DNA of 64,000 nt from Ylistrum balloti (taxonomy: Eukaryota), in NCBI RefSeq assembly GCF_031769215.1, contig NW_026782437.1, positions 310,001 through 374,000 of the forward strand, given 5' to 3'. A program made the position numbers and the translations under genes. Positions 1 to 12,240 of this stretch are shown in pieces; within the stretch, counting starts at the first letter, position 1, and each line of letters begins with the position of its first letter. The notes under the pieces are model-generated. The model saw only the letters and a list, made by a program, of their open reading frames with translations, did no database searches and was not told the origin of the DNA.

Positions 1-916
1 ATTCATCTGTCCGCCAGCTGATCCTTAAAGAATTTCACGGATTTAAGTTTTTAAAATGTAATTTGAATGTGTTCGCGAAGTACTGTATCAGTTTAAATTG
101 TTATACGGAGTCAGATATAACGATACTTTCAAACAACTGCTCCTTCATCTTAGTAAGTATTCAAAATAGCAAGTAACCGAGTTTGTTAAATTTAATGAGA
201 TGTTGTTCGTGTCACCCTCATTCAATGTCGCACGTACATCTGTGTCGAAATTTTCATTTTATCAGAAAAAAACTTCTTCCGATACTCAGTAAAGACACAT
301 TTTCCCTGCCTTTTTTTCTTTCGTCGTTAAAAATACCAAACTCGAAAAAAAAATCAGTTTCTTACTGTATGTTGAATCTTTTCCTTTATTTCTGTTGATA
401 AATAATTTAATCAAACAAAATCTTTGTCTTCTTGGAATAGTTTTTATTATATGGTTTGGTAAGAAAACGGACAATTTAGTGAACGGGCCGGATACTGAAA
501 ATGTATTTCTCGTAATGAAAGTGTGCCTAATCGGTAATAAGGAAGCTTGTAACCTATGATGCCAGACTCTATCTTGAGACAGTCAAAGATAAATCTAACT
601 TATGCCCGATAAAGCAACTTTACATAATAATCCTAATGTATACATCATAAAAATGTACAGGAAATTGTTCTGGATCAATGGAAAAATAGATTATTGAGTT
701 AACGAGAGTATAAGATGAAATATTCACGACAATTATGAATGATATATTAGCAAACAATTATGATAATTTGCTTTATTTCGTCAGGTCAAGCTGGGTTTAT
801 AACGATATTTTGTACATCAGAGAACATTTCTGTATTACATACCCTATTATATCTCTTCATTGATTTAAAGAAAACCTTTGACAAACTGTTGTTAACAATA
901 TTGTGGTAAGAAAATT

Positions 917-1410
917 CTGAACAGTAACACTAGGGGTTCAAAATAGTAACACATGGGATTCAAAACAGTCATAGAAGGGGTTCAACACAGTAACACAAGG
1001 GGTTCAAAACAGTAACACATGGGATTCAAAACAGTAACACAAAGGGTTCAAAACAGTAACACACGGGGTTCAAAACATTAACACAGGGGTTCAAAACAGC
1101 AATACAAGGTATTCAAAACAGTAACACAAGGGGTTCAATACAGTAACACAAAGGGTTCAAAACAGCAATAAAAAGGGATCCAAAACAGTAACACACGGGG
1201 TTCAAAACAGTAACACAAAGGGTTCAAAACAGTAACACAAGGGGTTCCAAACAGTAATAAAAGGGATTCAAAACAGTAACACAAGGGGTTCCAAACAGTA
1301 ACACACGGGGTTCAAAACAGTAACACAAGGGGTTCAAAACAGTAACACACGGGGTTCAGAATAGTAACACAAGGGGTTCCAAACAGTAATAAAAGGGATT
1401 CAAAACAGTA
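917..1410. repeat. Minisatellite, 21-22 bp unit (ttcaaaacagtaacacaagggg), about 22 copies
   Basis: Unit recurs with period 22 (e.g. 961, 983, 1005) with point variants. Confidence 0.95.
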
Positions 1411-4400
1411 AACAGAATTAATTGTGTTAGTTTCGAACGCTGAATCAGAAATTTCCCATAAAAGAATTAATGGAGATCGATCGGAGTCCCTCGCGAGGAA
1501 GGATTTTGTCCCTTATGTACTAATTACATTGTGGCGAGGAGTTCCATTATAGTTAGTATTAATCTGTAGTCTTAGTATTACTATGTTAATTAAAATAATC
1601 TTAAAATGGAAAAGATATGTTTCTAATATATAATAATTTGTTATGAACAAAAGGAAGTAATTTTTAACAAATGAATAATAATAATAAAATTACAAAATGT
1701 CTAAAAATAGCATACAAATACAAAATACATACAGTATAGGTTGGACTGAATTTTGTTTGTTTTGTTTTATTTGTTTTTGTTTGTTTGTTTTTTTTTCATT
1801 ATTCTGTTCACATCATGTTTATGTATAAGTCGCCTCCTGTTAAAAGTGTAGACGTGCGGCTATAGAGAAAACGGAATGAAGCATGAGATTTCGATTCTTG
1901 TTAACCGGTGAAGTATGAAGAAATTGAAACCGTTTCTGGCGCACAACAAAATATGATACTAGCATGAACTAAACGCATAATAACGAGTACGTTACGTGTG
2001 TCTATGAGTTGAGATATTGTTAGGGGTTGTTGTTGTTTAAGGAAAACACATATCACTGTTCAGGTATCGGGAGGACGTTGGCGTGTGATTCCCCGTCACT
2101 CTTCGGCTCCAGTAGGCGTGAACATTACTGTCAGTACAATACAAGTATAAGAAATTCCCTGCTTTTGCCAAAACTTCAGCATGACTTTTTCATAAATAAC
2201 ATCGAACCGTAATTTTGTAAAGGATTTGGTAAAAGTAAACAAAAACAAATTAATAAAGAAAATGAAAAATAAAAGATATGTTAAAAAGTAAAGAAAATTA
2301 AAAAGTAAATGTATTACTTCTGAGCGTCGAACTCTTATTGTAAGGTAAAAGCGGTGTTAAAGCACAGTAGAATTTAACACTCGCCGGAAAATGCACAATG
2401 TATCGTATTTTTTTTTTCATTTGGACGGAAATAGACATTGATAAATGTGTTGTTTGTTTAAACATGGGTATGTTGTTTCGAAAGAATTTTTTGTACAAAC
2501 ATTTGAAAATTACCGTATATTGAAAATATATATTAAATTTTATGTCGATTCCCGAAAAATTACATTTGAAATCTTCATAAGTGATATGTATTTGTTTACA
2601 GAGAGAAACAAGTGACGAACCATCCGGAGACAGAGCGGAATCTAGTCCGAACTAGAACGATGTTCGGGTTAACATCATGTACATAGTTTGTCTCGTCAGG
2701 GATTCAAAAAGTTTGTCAATCGCCTGATGGTTTTCCAAAGTGACCGATACACACGGTGCAGCCAACATTAAGACTGTGTTGAAAGATACAAGACATGTTG
2801 AAATGTACCACTGTCTAAAGAATCCCATTCCGATAAAATCTGGAAATAATGCGACCTTGCATGGCTCCAAATCAAAAACTGTATATAGGAGAACTATCGG
2901 AGGATTTCAGTGGTTGATTGGCTTTGTAGATGTTGCGTCGGCGCATACTGTAATGCGTCGACAGCGTCGGCGCAAGGTAATCCGTCGACAGAGAGAGTGT
3001 TTCTATATGGTTGCGTGATGATGTGATCTCGGGGACTTGACACAAACTCCTAACCGAAGGTCTGTAAAATGCCCTACATGCTGTAGGGTTAGGAATTTGT
3101 GACAAGTTCCCGTGTACAACACACTGAAACATTGTGAGAGAGAAATGCCACGTTGATACAACATGTGGATATTATGTGGTTGACTCCGGCAGACTGCAGT
3201 TGTACGGCTTTTTCATACCGAGATATTTAGCTTACATTGTTCGGCCGTTGTCCGACCGTCAGCTTTCCTTATTGAAAGGATTCTCTTCCCCAATGTTTTT
3301 TTTAAAGATCGAATAATTTGGTCTGAAACTTTTTAGGGGTGGACGATCATGTTTTTTTTTTTTGTAGAAATGGAGATTTTAACAAATGGCCTTGAAGAAG
3401 TATAGAAGTGTTTTCTTCTTAAGAAAAACCCCCCATCAAACTTAATGCTACTACTCCTAAACGCACGTGCAGATCTTAACGAAATCTAGACTAAAACATC
3501 CTTAGGGAAGGTCCATCCAAATTTCAGCTACTTAGATATAATAACTATGATTGCATTTGAAACATCGCCGCTGATGTACTTCAGTTTAAACCTCACCGCC
3601 AACGTACTTCATTTTAAACCTACCCGCTTACGTACCTCAGTTTAATTTCCGGACATCTGGAAAACCGAAACGTAATCTAAACAGGTACATAACTGACACA
3701 TCTCTACACAAATATGGATTACACGTCTTTGTGTATGAGATATCACTCTGTTTATCTGGTTTATCTTGATTAAACGAGATGTCGTTTTAGATTTCCGGAT
3801 TATCGAGATTTTACCTATCCTGATACGATACGTTGCTGTAAGCAAGGAGCGGATACAAGTATGTAGCTGTTCATTTCAAGATACTTGCTGTGTTCCTGAA
3901 GAAAGACATTGATTTGCATACAATATTCGAGTTAATTCGAACAACAAGCAGCTGAATTAAGGAAATGTTATTACGTATCCGGATTAACGAAATATCACGA
4001 TGTGTGTTTAAAACAATGAGGTTAAGAATTTCATTGTCGTTTTCGGTTTACTGTGTCAACGTGCAAAACGCGTAAATCTGGTAGATAAACAGATACTTAT
4101 AAACTTTTGCCTGCCATGCGTCCCTCAACTATATGCATTTTATATGATCGTACTATACATATGTTTTGTTTTAATTTCCGTGCTGGCTTCCAACTTTTGG
4201 CGTCTTATGTATTTGTTATAGATGAACTCATTTTAAAAGAAGATATGGTATTCTAAAACATCGTCCGTTCATATGTCTGTTCGTCCATTACATGTCTGCT
4301 ATTTCGTCGTCGCCGAACCTGTACTTCAAACAAAAAAATAAAGACTCCGATTTAATTTGAGATATTACCTATAAGTTGCATTGAGTTTAATGTATATATG

Positions 4401-4484
4401 TATTTTTTTTTCTAACATCATGTAAATCCGACAAAGTGACGCCCCAAACAAATAGTATGTATACGCATATGTACATTGGTAAGC

Positions 4485-4800
4485 CAACTTGCCATTTATT
4501 CAGGGGACAACGTCGGTCCAGGTCTTATTTCAGTAATACAAAATATCTTGTTAAGTATATCAGATGTCTTATATGGACGTATAAGATATTTCGTATTATT
4601 CATAAGATATATTAATTGATATGTAAGATATCTTATTCAGAAATAGAATTTTATCCCCGTTAGATTTAAGATATTTCGTATGTTATATATCTCATATAGG
4701 ATATGATATATACATATGATGTACTTATATAGATAAATAAATTACACAAATTGGTGAAACATAGAACCGACATTGCACTTGGAGTAAATGGTAAATTAGC
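4485..4800. mobile_element. Degraded MITE-like element
   Basis: Imperfect terminal inverted repeats: ttgccatttattcaggggacaacgtcggtcc on the left versus the reverse complement ttaccatttactccaagtgcaatgtcggttc on the right. The interior has repeated (a)taagatat(c/t)t motifs. Confidence 0.4.
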
Positions 4801-6499
4801 TTGCCATAACATACTTTTACATTAGCATATATGTGTGTGTGATTTAAACATATTTCATTATTAGTAGCAGATAAATGGATTTATGTGGGTATTCATCTGT
4901 TCGCTCCGACGTCTAAAAGCGATTATCCTCCATATTCTCTTGTTAGATTCTAGCGTAGACATCATCAGAGAAAAAAGTTTGCATTAAAACATAGAACATC
5001 GCAACTTATTGTGTAGTCTTAAGGATTCATAATTTTCGAATGTAAGAGTATGAAATTTTATCTTTTCTCAACAGGAAGGTACTGTACTTTGTGATAAGTT
5101 TGATATTTTAAGTGTTGTTTTTTTTACACGTAACATACCGGTACATGTACTTCACTAGTCGAAGTTAGTTTTTTTTTTTTTAATATTTCGTATGTACAAA
5201 GATACGTTCTTGATAAGAAACCCATAAAACGATTGCAGCGATATTTCTACTTAGCTTTATACTCAGTAATGAAAGCTCAGCAGAGAAACAATATCAAGTT
5301 TAGTGAAAGGTGTCACGTGCGTTTCGAGCAACCGAGTTGTCGGGTGGCGGAGTGATCACGCGCAAACAAACGAAACGCAATAATTGCAGTTTTGAACCAT
5401 TATTTCGCTATCTTACTGGATAAATAATGTGCAAAATACACATTAATATGTATCATATTGGATCAAGAAAACACTTACAGAAAATTTCTTGCATCCTGGA
5501 CTACCGGATAAGGATTCCGGTTTTGCCCGACTGAAGACAGTATCACGGTATTCCGATTCGTTAAATGGGAGAATGAATTTTCAAAGTTATTTCTTGTTCA
5601 GGAAATACTTGCTATGTGCTTGTTGTTTTTTCCCGAGCACAGGTACAGGCTCTGAACTTTAGAGAAGGGCATATTATGAGTCACGGGGATAATATTAATT
5701 GGTAAAATTGAAGTCTATTTCCGTGAAAATATTTTTTTCCAGCTTTCTGAAAACCCACAAAAAGTTTAAGCTTACGATAAAACCAGCTGTACAAGATTTT
5801 GTCAATATTTCCATGTTAAAATACGATATGTTGTTTCCTCTATATCCCTGTTTGTACTGATAATATGTCAACATTAGTTAACAGTCTACATACCACTATA
5901 AGTTATGATGTTAACACACCAACACCCCATATAACTGGAACATCGGCTTCATTTTCTGGTACTTAGGTCTCCCGAAAGGTGATAGCTTTCGTTTTAAAGA
6001 ATCAATCATTAGAGTTACATTTCGTTGTCTGTAAGAACTTTACTCTTTCGCCTTTCATAAGATTGGTTTGATTTTCGAGAATATTAATTAATATCTGCAG
6101 TGTTTTATATAAGAATTTCCAAACAGAGTTGTAGATATTGTTTAACAGGTACCTCTAGTTTTTGTCTCAGCTTCAGTATACACAATAAACCTATTTTTTG
6201 TAACATCTGTGTTGTCTCATTATTTGAAGAAAAAAAACCTTAAATGTCTGGCGCAAACGTTTCACAAAAGTTCCGTAACTGTAAGAACTCCTTGGAGTCG
6301 GGTTTGACAGAAAGTTGGACATAACTCGACATAAAATACTGACCTGTCTTAAGACTTCTCTTTGTATATGTATACTTTGTTGTTTATGATGGTACTTTTA
6401 AGATAAAGTGGAACACGATGTAGATGACGTTGGCTTCGGTGAATAGTTAAATAATTTCAAACTCTATTCCGTTGCTAAGGTACTTCTTTCGAATATAAC

Positions 6500-6865
6500 T
6501 CTTTATCTCTTGAGTATGAATTTACAGCTCTCTATCTCTGAAGTACAGCTCTCTGTCTCTGGAGTACAGCTCTTTATCTCTGAAGTACAGCTCTATCTCT
6601 GAAGTACAGTTTTCTATCTTTGGAGTTCAGCTCCCTATCTCTGAAGTACAGCTCTATCTCTTAAGTACAGTTTTCTATCTTTGGAGTTCAGCTCTCTATC
6701 TCTGAAGTACAGCTCCCTATCTCTGAAGTACAGCTCTCTATCTCTGGAGTACATGTACAACTATTCACTTCTAGAGAATAACTTTTGATCTCTGTAGCAT
6801 AACTTGTTATATCTGGAGAAAAACTCTTTATATCTGGAGTGCAACCCTATATCTCTGGAGTATAG
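6500..6865. repeat. Minisatellite, about 20-21 bp unit (gaagtacagctctctatctct)
   Basis: Direct tandem copies with degenerate flanks. Confidence 0.9.
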
Positions 6866-8599
6866 ATTTTGGAAGGTCTTGGGTGGATTTCAACAAAACA
6901 TTGTATTGAACGACAAATCACTGATTTACAGTACATGAATCCTGACTTATTATTGTGAAAAAATATTCTTTTGCTTTTCAAAACAGAACATCTTTTTACA
7001 TTCATGTACCTTACAATCTTATTTTCTTATTCTAATCACAAATGGATATTGAATGTAACAGTTACTGACATATTGGTTTGTAACTCCAGTCTCTTCTAGT
7101 CCTTATACAAGGTCCAGATATTTTTAAACATGTGTCAGTTGATCGACAGGAAACATATTTTGAGTTGGCTCAGAATTTTAAGTTGTCCACCTGCTGGCTA
7201 TTTTGATGCTGAACTGTTGAGTTTGCTACCCCTATTTCTCTGGGTGTGTGGTCAAGGTGAGATTTCACAGCAAAACCATACTGAGTCTACAGAAATATTA
7301 AGTGACAAGTTGACAATGACACCAACAGTAACAGGAAAGAAAAAGGTAAACAATCCATCAACTGGAATCTCATATTCTTTATTTACAACATTGCAAATAA
7401 ATCTATGTAAAAAGCAGACAAAAACACCTGGTCTCAAATAAAACACTATCAAAATAATACATAGGAAAAAAGGGCCACATTTGCTTTTGTTCTATACAAA
7501 TGTAATTTGTTTTCAAAAAAATGTTTTCTTCAAAATGTTCAATATCCAGTTAAAATCTTAGATGAATATGATGTCTTACTTCACACAAACTGTGACGTAT
7601 AATTAAAACAGTGATTGAGATTCTTCATGAATTTTTTATTCAGAGATTCTTAAAACTCCGCTGATCAAGAATATCAAATCATAAAATAAGTTAAAGCATT
7701 TTTTTCACTTTTAAAAAGAAAAATATAAAAAGCTGAAAATGTTGTATATAATGTAAATGCAAAACAAAACCTTTTTTGTAATTGTGTATCTAGATAAAAA
7801 TCACTATAAACAAAATGGTAATATATAAAATAGATCATTAGATCTCAATTTAAATCCAAAACAAAACTTCACCATCTAACTGCAAGTATAGGCACTCAAT
7901 ACTACATCAGTATATCTCCTAATTACATATGTAATGGTAGTCATAGTTATGAGTAAAATACTTTTCATTTCCAAACTGATAAAAAATGATTTGAAAGACA
8001 ACTTAACACTCCGTACCCTCACTTCTGGCATCATGGGTTATGTACTGGTTTGTAAATAAATAAGAAAATAAGAATAAATAAAAAAATCAATAAAATAAAT
8101 AAAAACTGTTAATTACTTAATTTTGTCTTAATACTTGAATGATTGTCACAGGAAAGCAACAATAATGGGAGTTTGATTAAAATAAGGGCATAATTTCATC
8201 ATTCATCTCAACTGATAGTTTAAACATACTGGTCAGCTATTTCCACTGTCACTAATTGATAGGGTGTCTGTCTTTGTCATTCATCATCAGAATTTCGCTC
8301 AATGGGTAGGTGGCAATATCTAAGTCTGGACATCTATCCATTCCAACAAGACTGGTCAACTTAAGTTGATAAAGCTTTTTTGGGAATTGTTACTAATACT
8401 TGGAATTTACAGTCTAATTCTCTAGAATGATAAAACAGATCTCTAGCCTATTCCTCTCATATTCTACACAGAACATCAATTACCTTTTTTTCATCAGTTT
8501 GATGATGTCACAAGTGTTTTGGAAAAGAAGAAAAAGTAGGCTACCTATCCTTAACATTCCCACCAATTTTTAGCTCAATGGCAACAGTGGAACTGGAGA

Positions 8600-8860
8600 G
8601 GAAGTTTAAAATATTATTTTCAAGATGGCGACTATGATGGCCATCTTAGATTTCAAACAAACGTGAAAACAACAAAACTTGGTCAGGATCATCTCGTGAT
8701 CATTTCATTCAAGTTTCAGCTCAATGCCGCTGGTGGAACTTGAGAAGATGTTTGAAGTGTTGAAAGTTTACGCACGACGGATGGCACACGGGGGATGACG
8801 ACAGACGAAGCATGATAGCTATAGGTCATCATGACCCTTTTCTCGTCAGATGACCTACAA
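8600..8860 (+). mobile_element. Non-autonomous interspersed repeat (Helitron/Helentron-like family common in bivalves), partial
   Basis: Shares ttttcaagatggc...aacttggtcaggatcat...aagtttcagctcaatg with 35820-35920. Ends in cggatgg/gacgacagacg...atagct...ggtcatcatgaccc...gtcagatgacc (subterminal hairpin). Family assignment is from memory of bivalve repeats. Confidence 0.45.
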
Positions 8861-9249
8861 CAAAATGTTTGTACATCACTTTAAAATATTATTTTACCTC
8901 ACACAGATGGTAAAATAAAACCAATACGCAATCTAGCATCTAAGATTCATTGATATTCATAATTATTCATAATTAGAACAGTAAGTGAATGGTCCAGAAA
9001 AAGAACACAACAGTAAGTGACAATGGTAATATCAGCGACAACACAATATTGATAAACAATCAAAAATATACATAATGGTTAATTTTTGATAAATAATACA
9101 TTATATATAAACAAATAACAAACACAGAAGATTCACAGCACTATCACTCCTGTAAAATGTTTGAAAGACAATGTAAAATTCACATTTCCTGTATATCCAA
9201 CTCCATCTCATGTAACTAGATATTTCTGTAAGTTATCCTGCCATAAGTC

Positions 9250-9655
9250 CTGTAAGCCATCACATGACTTTTTACTCAAAGTAAAGGATGGGCTTATTAG
9301 ATGTCAATAAGCCAAGTGAGCCATCACATGACTTTTACTCAAATTTAAGGATGGGCTTATTAGATGTCAATAAGCCAAGTGAGTCATCACATGACTTTGA
9401 CTCGAATTTAGGGATGGTCTTATTAGATGTCAACGAGTCAAGTGAGCCATTACATGACTTTTACTCAAAGTTAGGGATGGGCTTATTACACGTCACTAAG
9501 CCAAGTGAGCCATCATATGACTTCTGTCACAAAGTCAAGGGTTACAGGACAATATGTCGAGAAGGCCAGCACATAAAACCTCTGACACAAAGTTAGAAGT
9601 GGGCTTATTACAGGACAATAAGTCAAGTGAGCCATCACATGACTTCCTATGTAAA
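9250..9655. repeat. Minisatellite, 63 bp unit, about 6 copies
   Basis: ccatcacatgac-like anchors at about 9257, 9321, 9384, 9447, 9510, then a degenerate copy near 9630. The period of 21 codons explains ORF 9288..9596. Confidence 0.9.
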
Positions 9656-11334
9656 ATTGGTTTGGGCTTATTACCGGGTAATGAATTATTTTTGGTTTTG
9701 TTAGTTTTCCTAACAGCAATACCTGGTATTTTTATAATTAGTTATATAGGAAATAATGACAGGGAGTAAACTCCCCTATATATACAAGACTCCATTATAT
9801 ACATGTCAACACATCGATTCAGGTACATTTAGTCAAACAAGTGTAAACACTATGTCTTATTTAATAATCACCAGAACTCTACCATCTTCATCGATTATTA
9901 ATCATCTCAAAATCAATCTTATCATTTCCTATGTATTTTGAAACGAGTGACTTAGAAAGGCAATGTTAGGATATTTCTTTTTAAAATGATTTAAAAAAAA
10001 AAAAAAAAAAAAAAACAATTCTAAATCTGGCAGGATACTTTACTCATGACATGAAAATTGTTTACAAGTGCTGTGAAGATATTTGTATTATGACATTTTG
10101 GTCCATGATACACACATATATAGTAAAATATGGCTCAACTCAAAAAAAAGTTAAAGCATGAAGGACATTATATCACAATCCAGATATAAATAACATTAAT
10201 ATAACATTATCATGAAATACATTCATAAATCCTAATAAAATGTTATTAACAGCTGAAAATCTAATGTAATGTTAAACATTGTTTATAAAATCTGTAGCAT
10301 CTTTATTACATTAAAGATCAGTGGTGACATTGATTATATGATAAGATCTATTGTGTCAGGAACTCTTACAATGTGAGATCATTATCTACATAACTCACTT
10401 AATGTGATTTCATTAATTGACTTAAACACTTACATACATGACCTCACTGACCTACAAAACTTGATATAATTTAAGTCCTTTTGTGACATCATTTTAGGGT
10501 CTCAGTGAAACTTTTGCGGCATCCTGCAATACACCCATCACATAATCACGAAGTAAAGTCAGCAGTGAACTTAGTACATGACAATATGTCCAGCAGCCCA
10601 ACTGATTACCTCAGATTCAAAATCAGTAGCAAGCTCTGTTTGTACCTTGGTCACTGAACAGCAACAGTTATGTGTAGTGTTATTAACAGACTTAGGTATA
10701 TTACTATGTGAATACAATAGTTAATGTCTAAAGAAATTTAAATACTGAAACAGTACAGTTCTAAACCTCCAGATCTCCAGATGTGAGTACCTCAGAACAA
10801 TTAATAGTAGATGCAAGTGCCTATCATAAAGTTAAAGTGCTACTTCTAAAGTAGCACTTTTAAAAAAATCCTTTTTCCTCTGTTGGTACAGAAACTCTAA
10901 ACAAATTATATAAATAACACTCACTACCAGCTAGCAGGACTGGTCAGGTCTGAGGAGGCATATGAAGGATTTTGAGAATCAGGAAAGAAAAAAATTCTTT
11001 TATTGGCTTGATGAAAAAAAATTGTAATGAAAAAGATTGGTTTCCATAAAAAGGGACCTAAACCTTGAATTGTCACTGGTCACTATTTCAGGGGGCAGGT
11101 TTTCTTTCTGTGTGAAATGATTGGGATAGTTAAGTCACTGGCTGAATATGTATCAGAATAAAATTATATTAAGTTTATATTTTATATGTAATGATACCTT
11201 GGTGACACCAGTAATGATTAATCCTATCAGATGTAGAAAAATGTACAAAAAATGCTCAACAATGACAATCGTGTTACAGTGCCTGTGGAATGTATGTGAT
11301 TTAGAAATTACATATATGTATCATGATCAGTGAC

Positions 11335-11770
11335 TGTGAAGTTTTACCTCTCAGAGAGAAAAAAGTGTCTGCAATGATTTGTTGTGAAGTTTTACCTCAG
11401 AGAGATATCAAGTGTCTGCAATGATTTGACGGGAAGTTTTACCTCTGAGAGATATCCAGTGTCTGCAATGATTTGACGGGAAGTTTTACCTCTGAGAGAT
11501 ATCCAATGTCAGCCATGTATAATGAGAAGTTTCACCTCTGAGAGATATTCAATATTAGTAATGATTTAATGAGAAGTTTCACCTCTCTGAGATATCCAGT
11601 GTCTGAAATGGTTTAATGGAAAGTTTTACCTCTCTCTGAGATATCCAATCGTTTAATTGGAAATTCTACTTATCCGATAGATATCCAGTGTCCAGTGGTT
11701 TGAATCCAAGTTTTAACCACTCCGAGTGGAATTCTGTGTCAGCGTCTGTTTAAACTGAAGTTATATCTTT
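11335..11770. repeat. Minisatellite, 47 bp unit (gaagttttacctctgagagatatccagtgtctgcaatgatttgacgg), about 9 degenerate copies
   Basis: gaagtttt anchors at 11433 and 11480; copies decay to the right. Confidence 0.9.
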
Positions 11771-12240
11771 GAGAAGACCCAGTTGGACTTGGACTCTGAA
11801 ACAAAATTATATATTTTTCAATAAAAATCTCTTTCTATGTTGAGTAGTCCATATCACATATAATAATTTCTAGTTCATATTTGATTGGTCAATGTGAATA
11901 ATTTCAGTGAGTATAACCAAATATTTCATCCACATGATGTCACAAGTATCTACTGCCTGTGCTATCTCTTCCCAATGAAGTTTTGTAATTCTATAACTGC
12001 AACAAACAACCACAAGTTTCAAAATACTGGTGGGTGAACCCCATCAAAGTTCCAATTCTACAGTATCTCTGTCTTGGAAGACATTTTTTAATATAAATAT
12101 TTTTTCCATTTTTTGCCAGGCTCTTCCTGGAGTTGTAATCATAAAATTTAAAATTTTCGTCTGTCATTACCCATGAAACCTCTCTGTAAAATCTTATGTA
12201 ATAATTCCAGCATTTATTCAGAAATCAGAAATGTGAAAAT

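Noticed and set aside
7130-7452. Overlapping ORFs on both strands
   Set aside because: No recognisable motifs or flanking splice signals; probably UTR or intergenic.
9288-9596. Repetitive 102-aa ORF
   Set aside because: It arises from the 63-bp minisatellite, whose period is divisible by 3; no other coding evidence.
9993-10015. A23 run as the tail of a processed retrocopy
   Set aside because: No adjacent ORF, polyadenylation signal context or target-site duplication identified.
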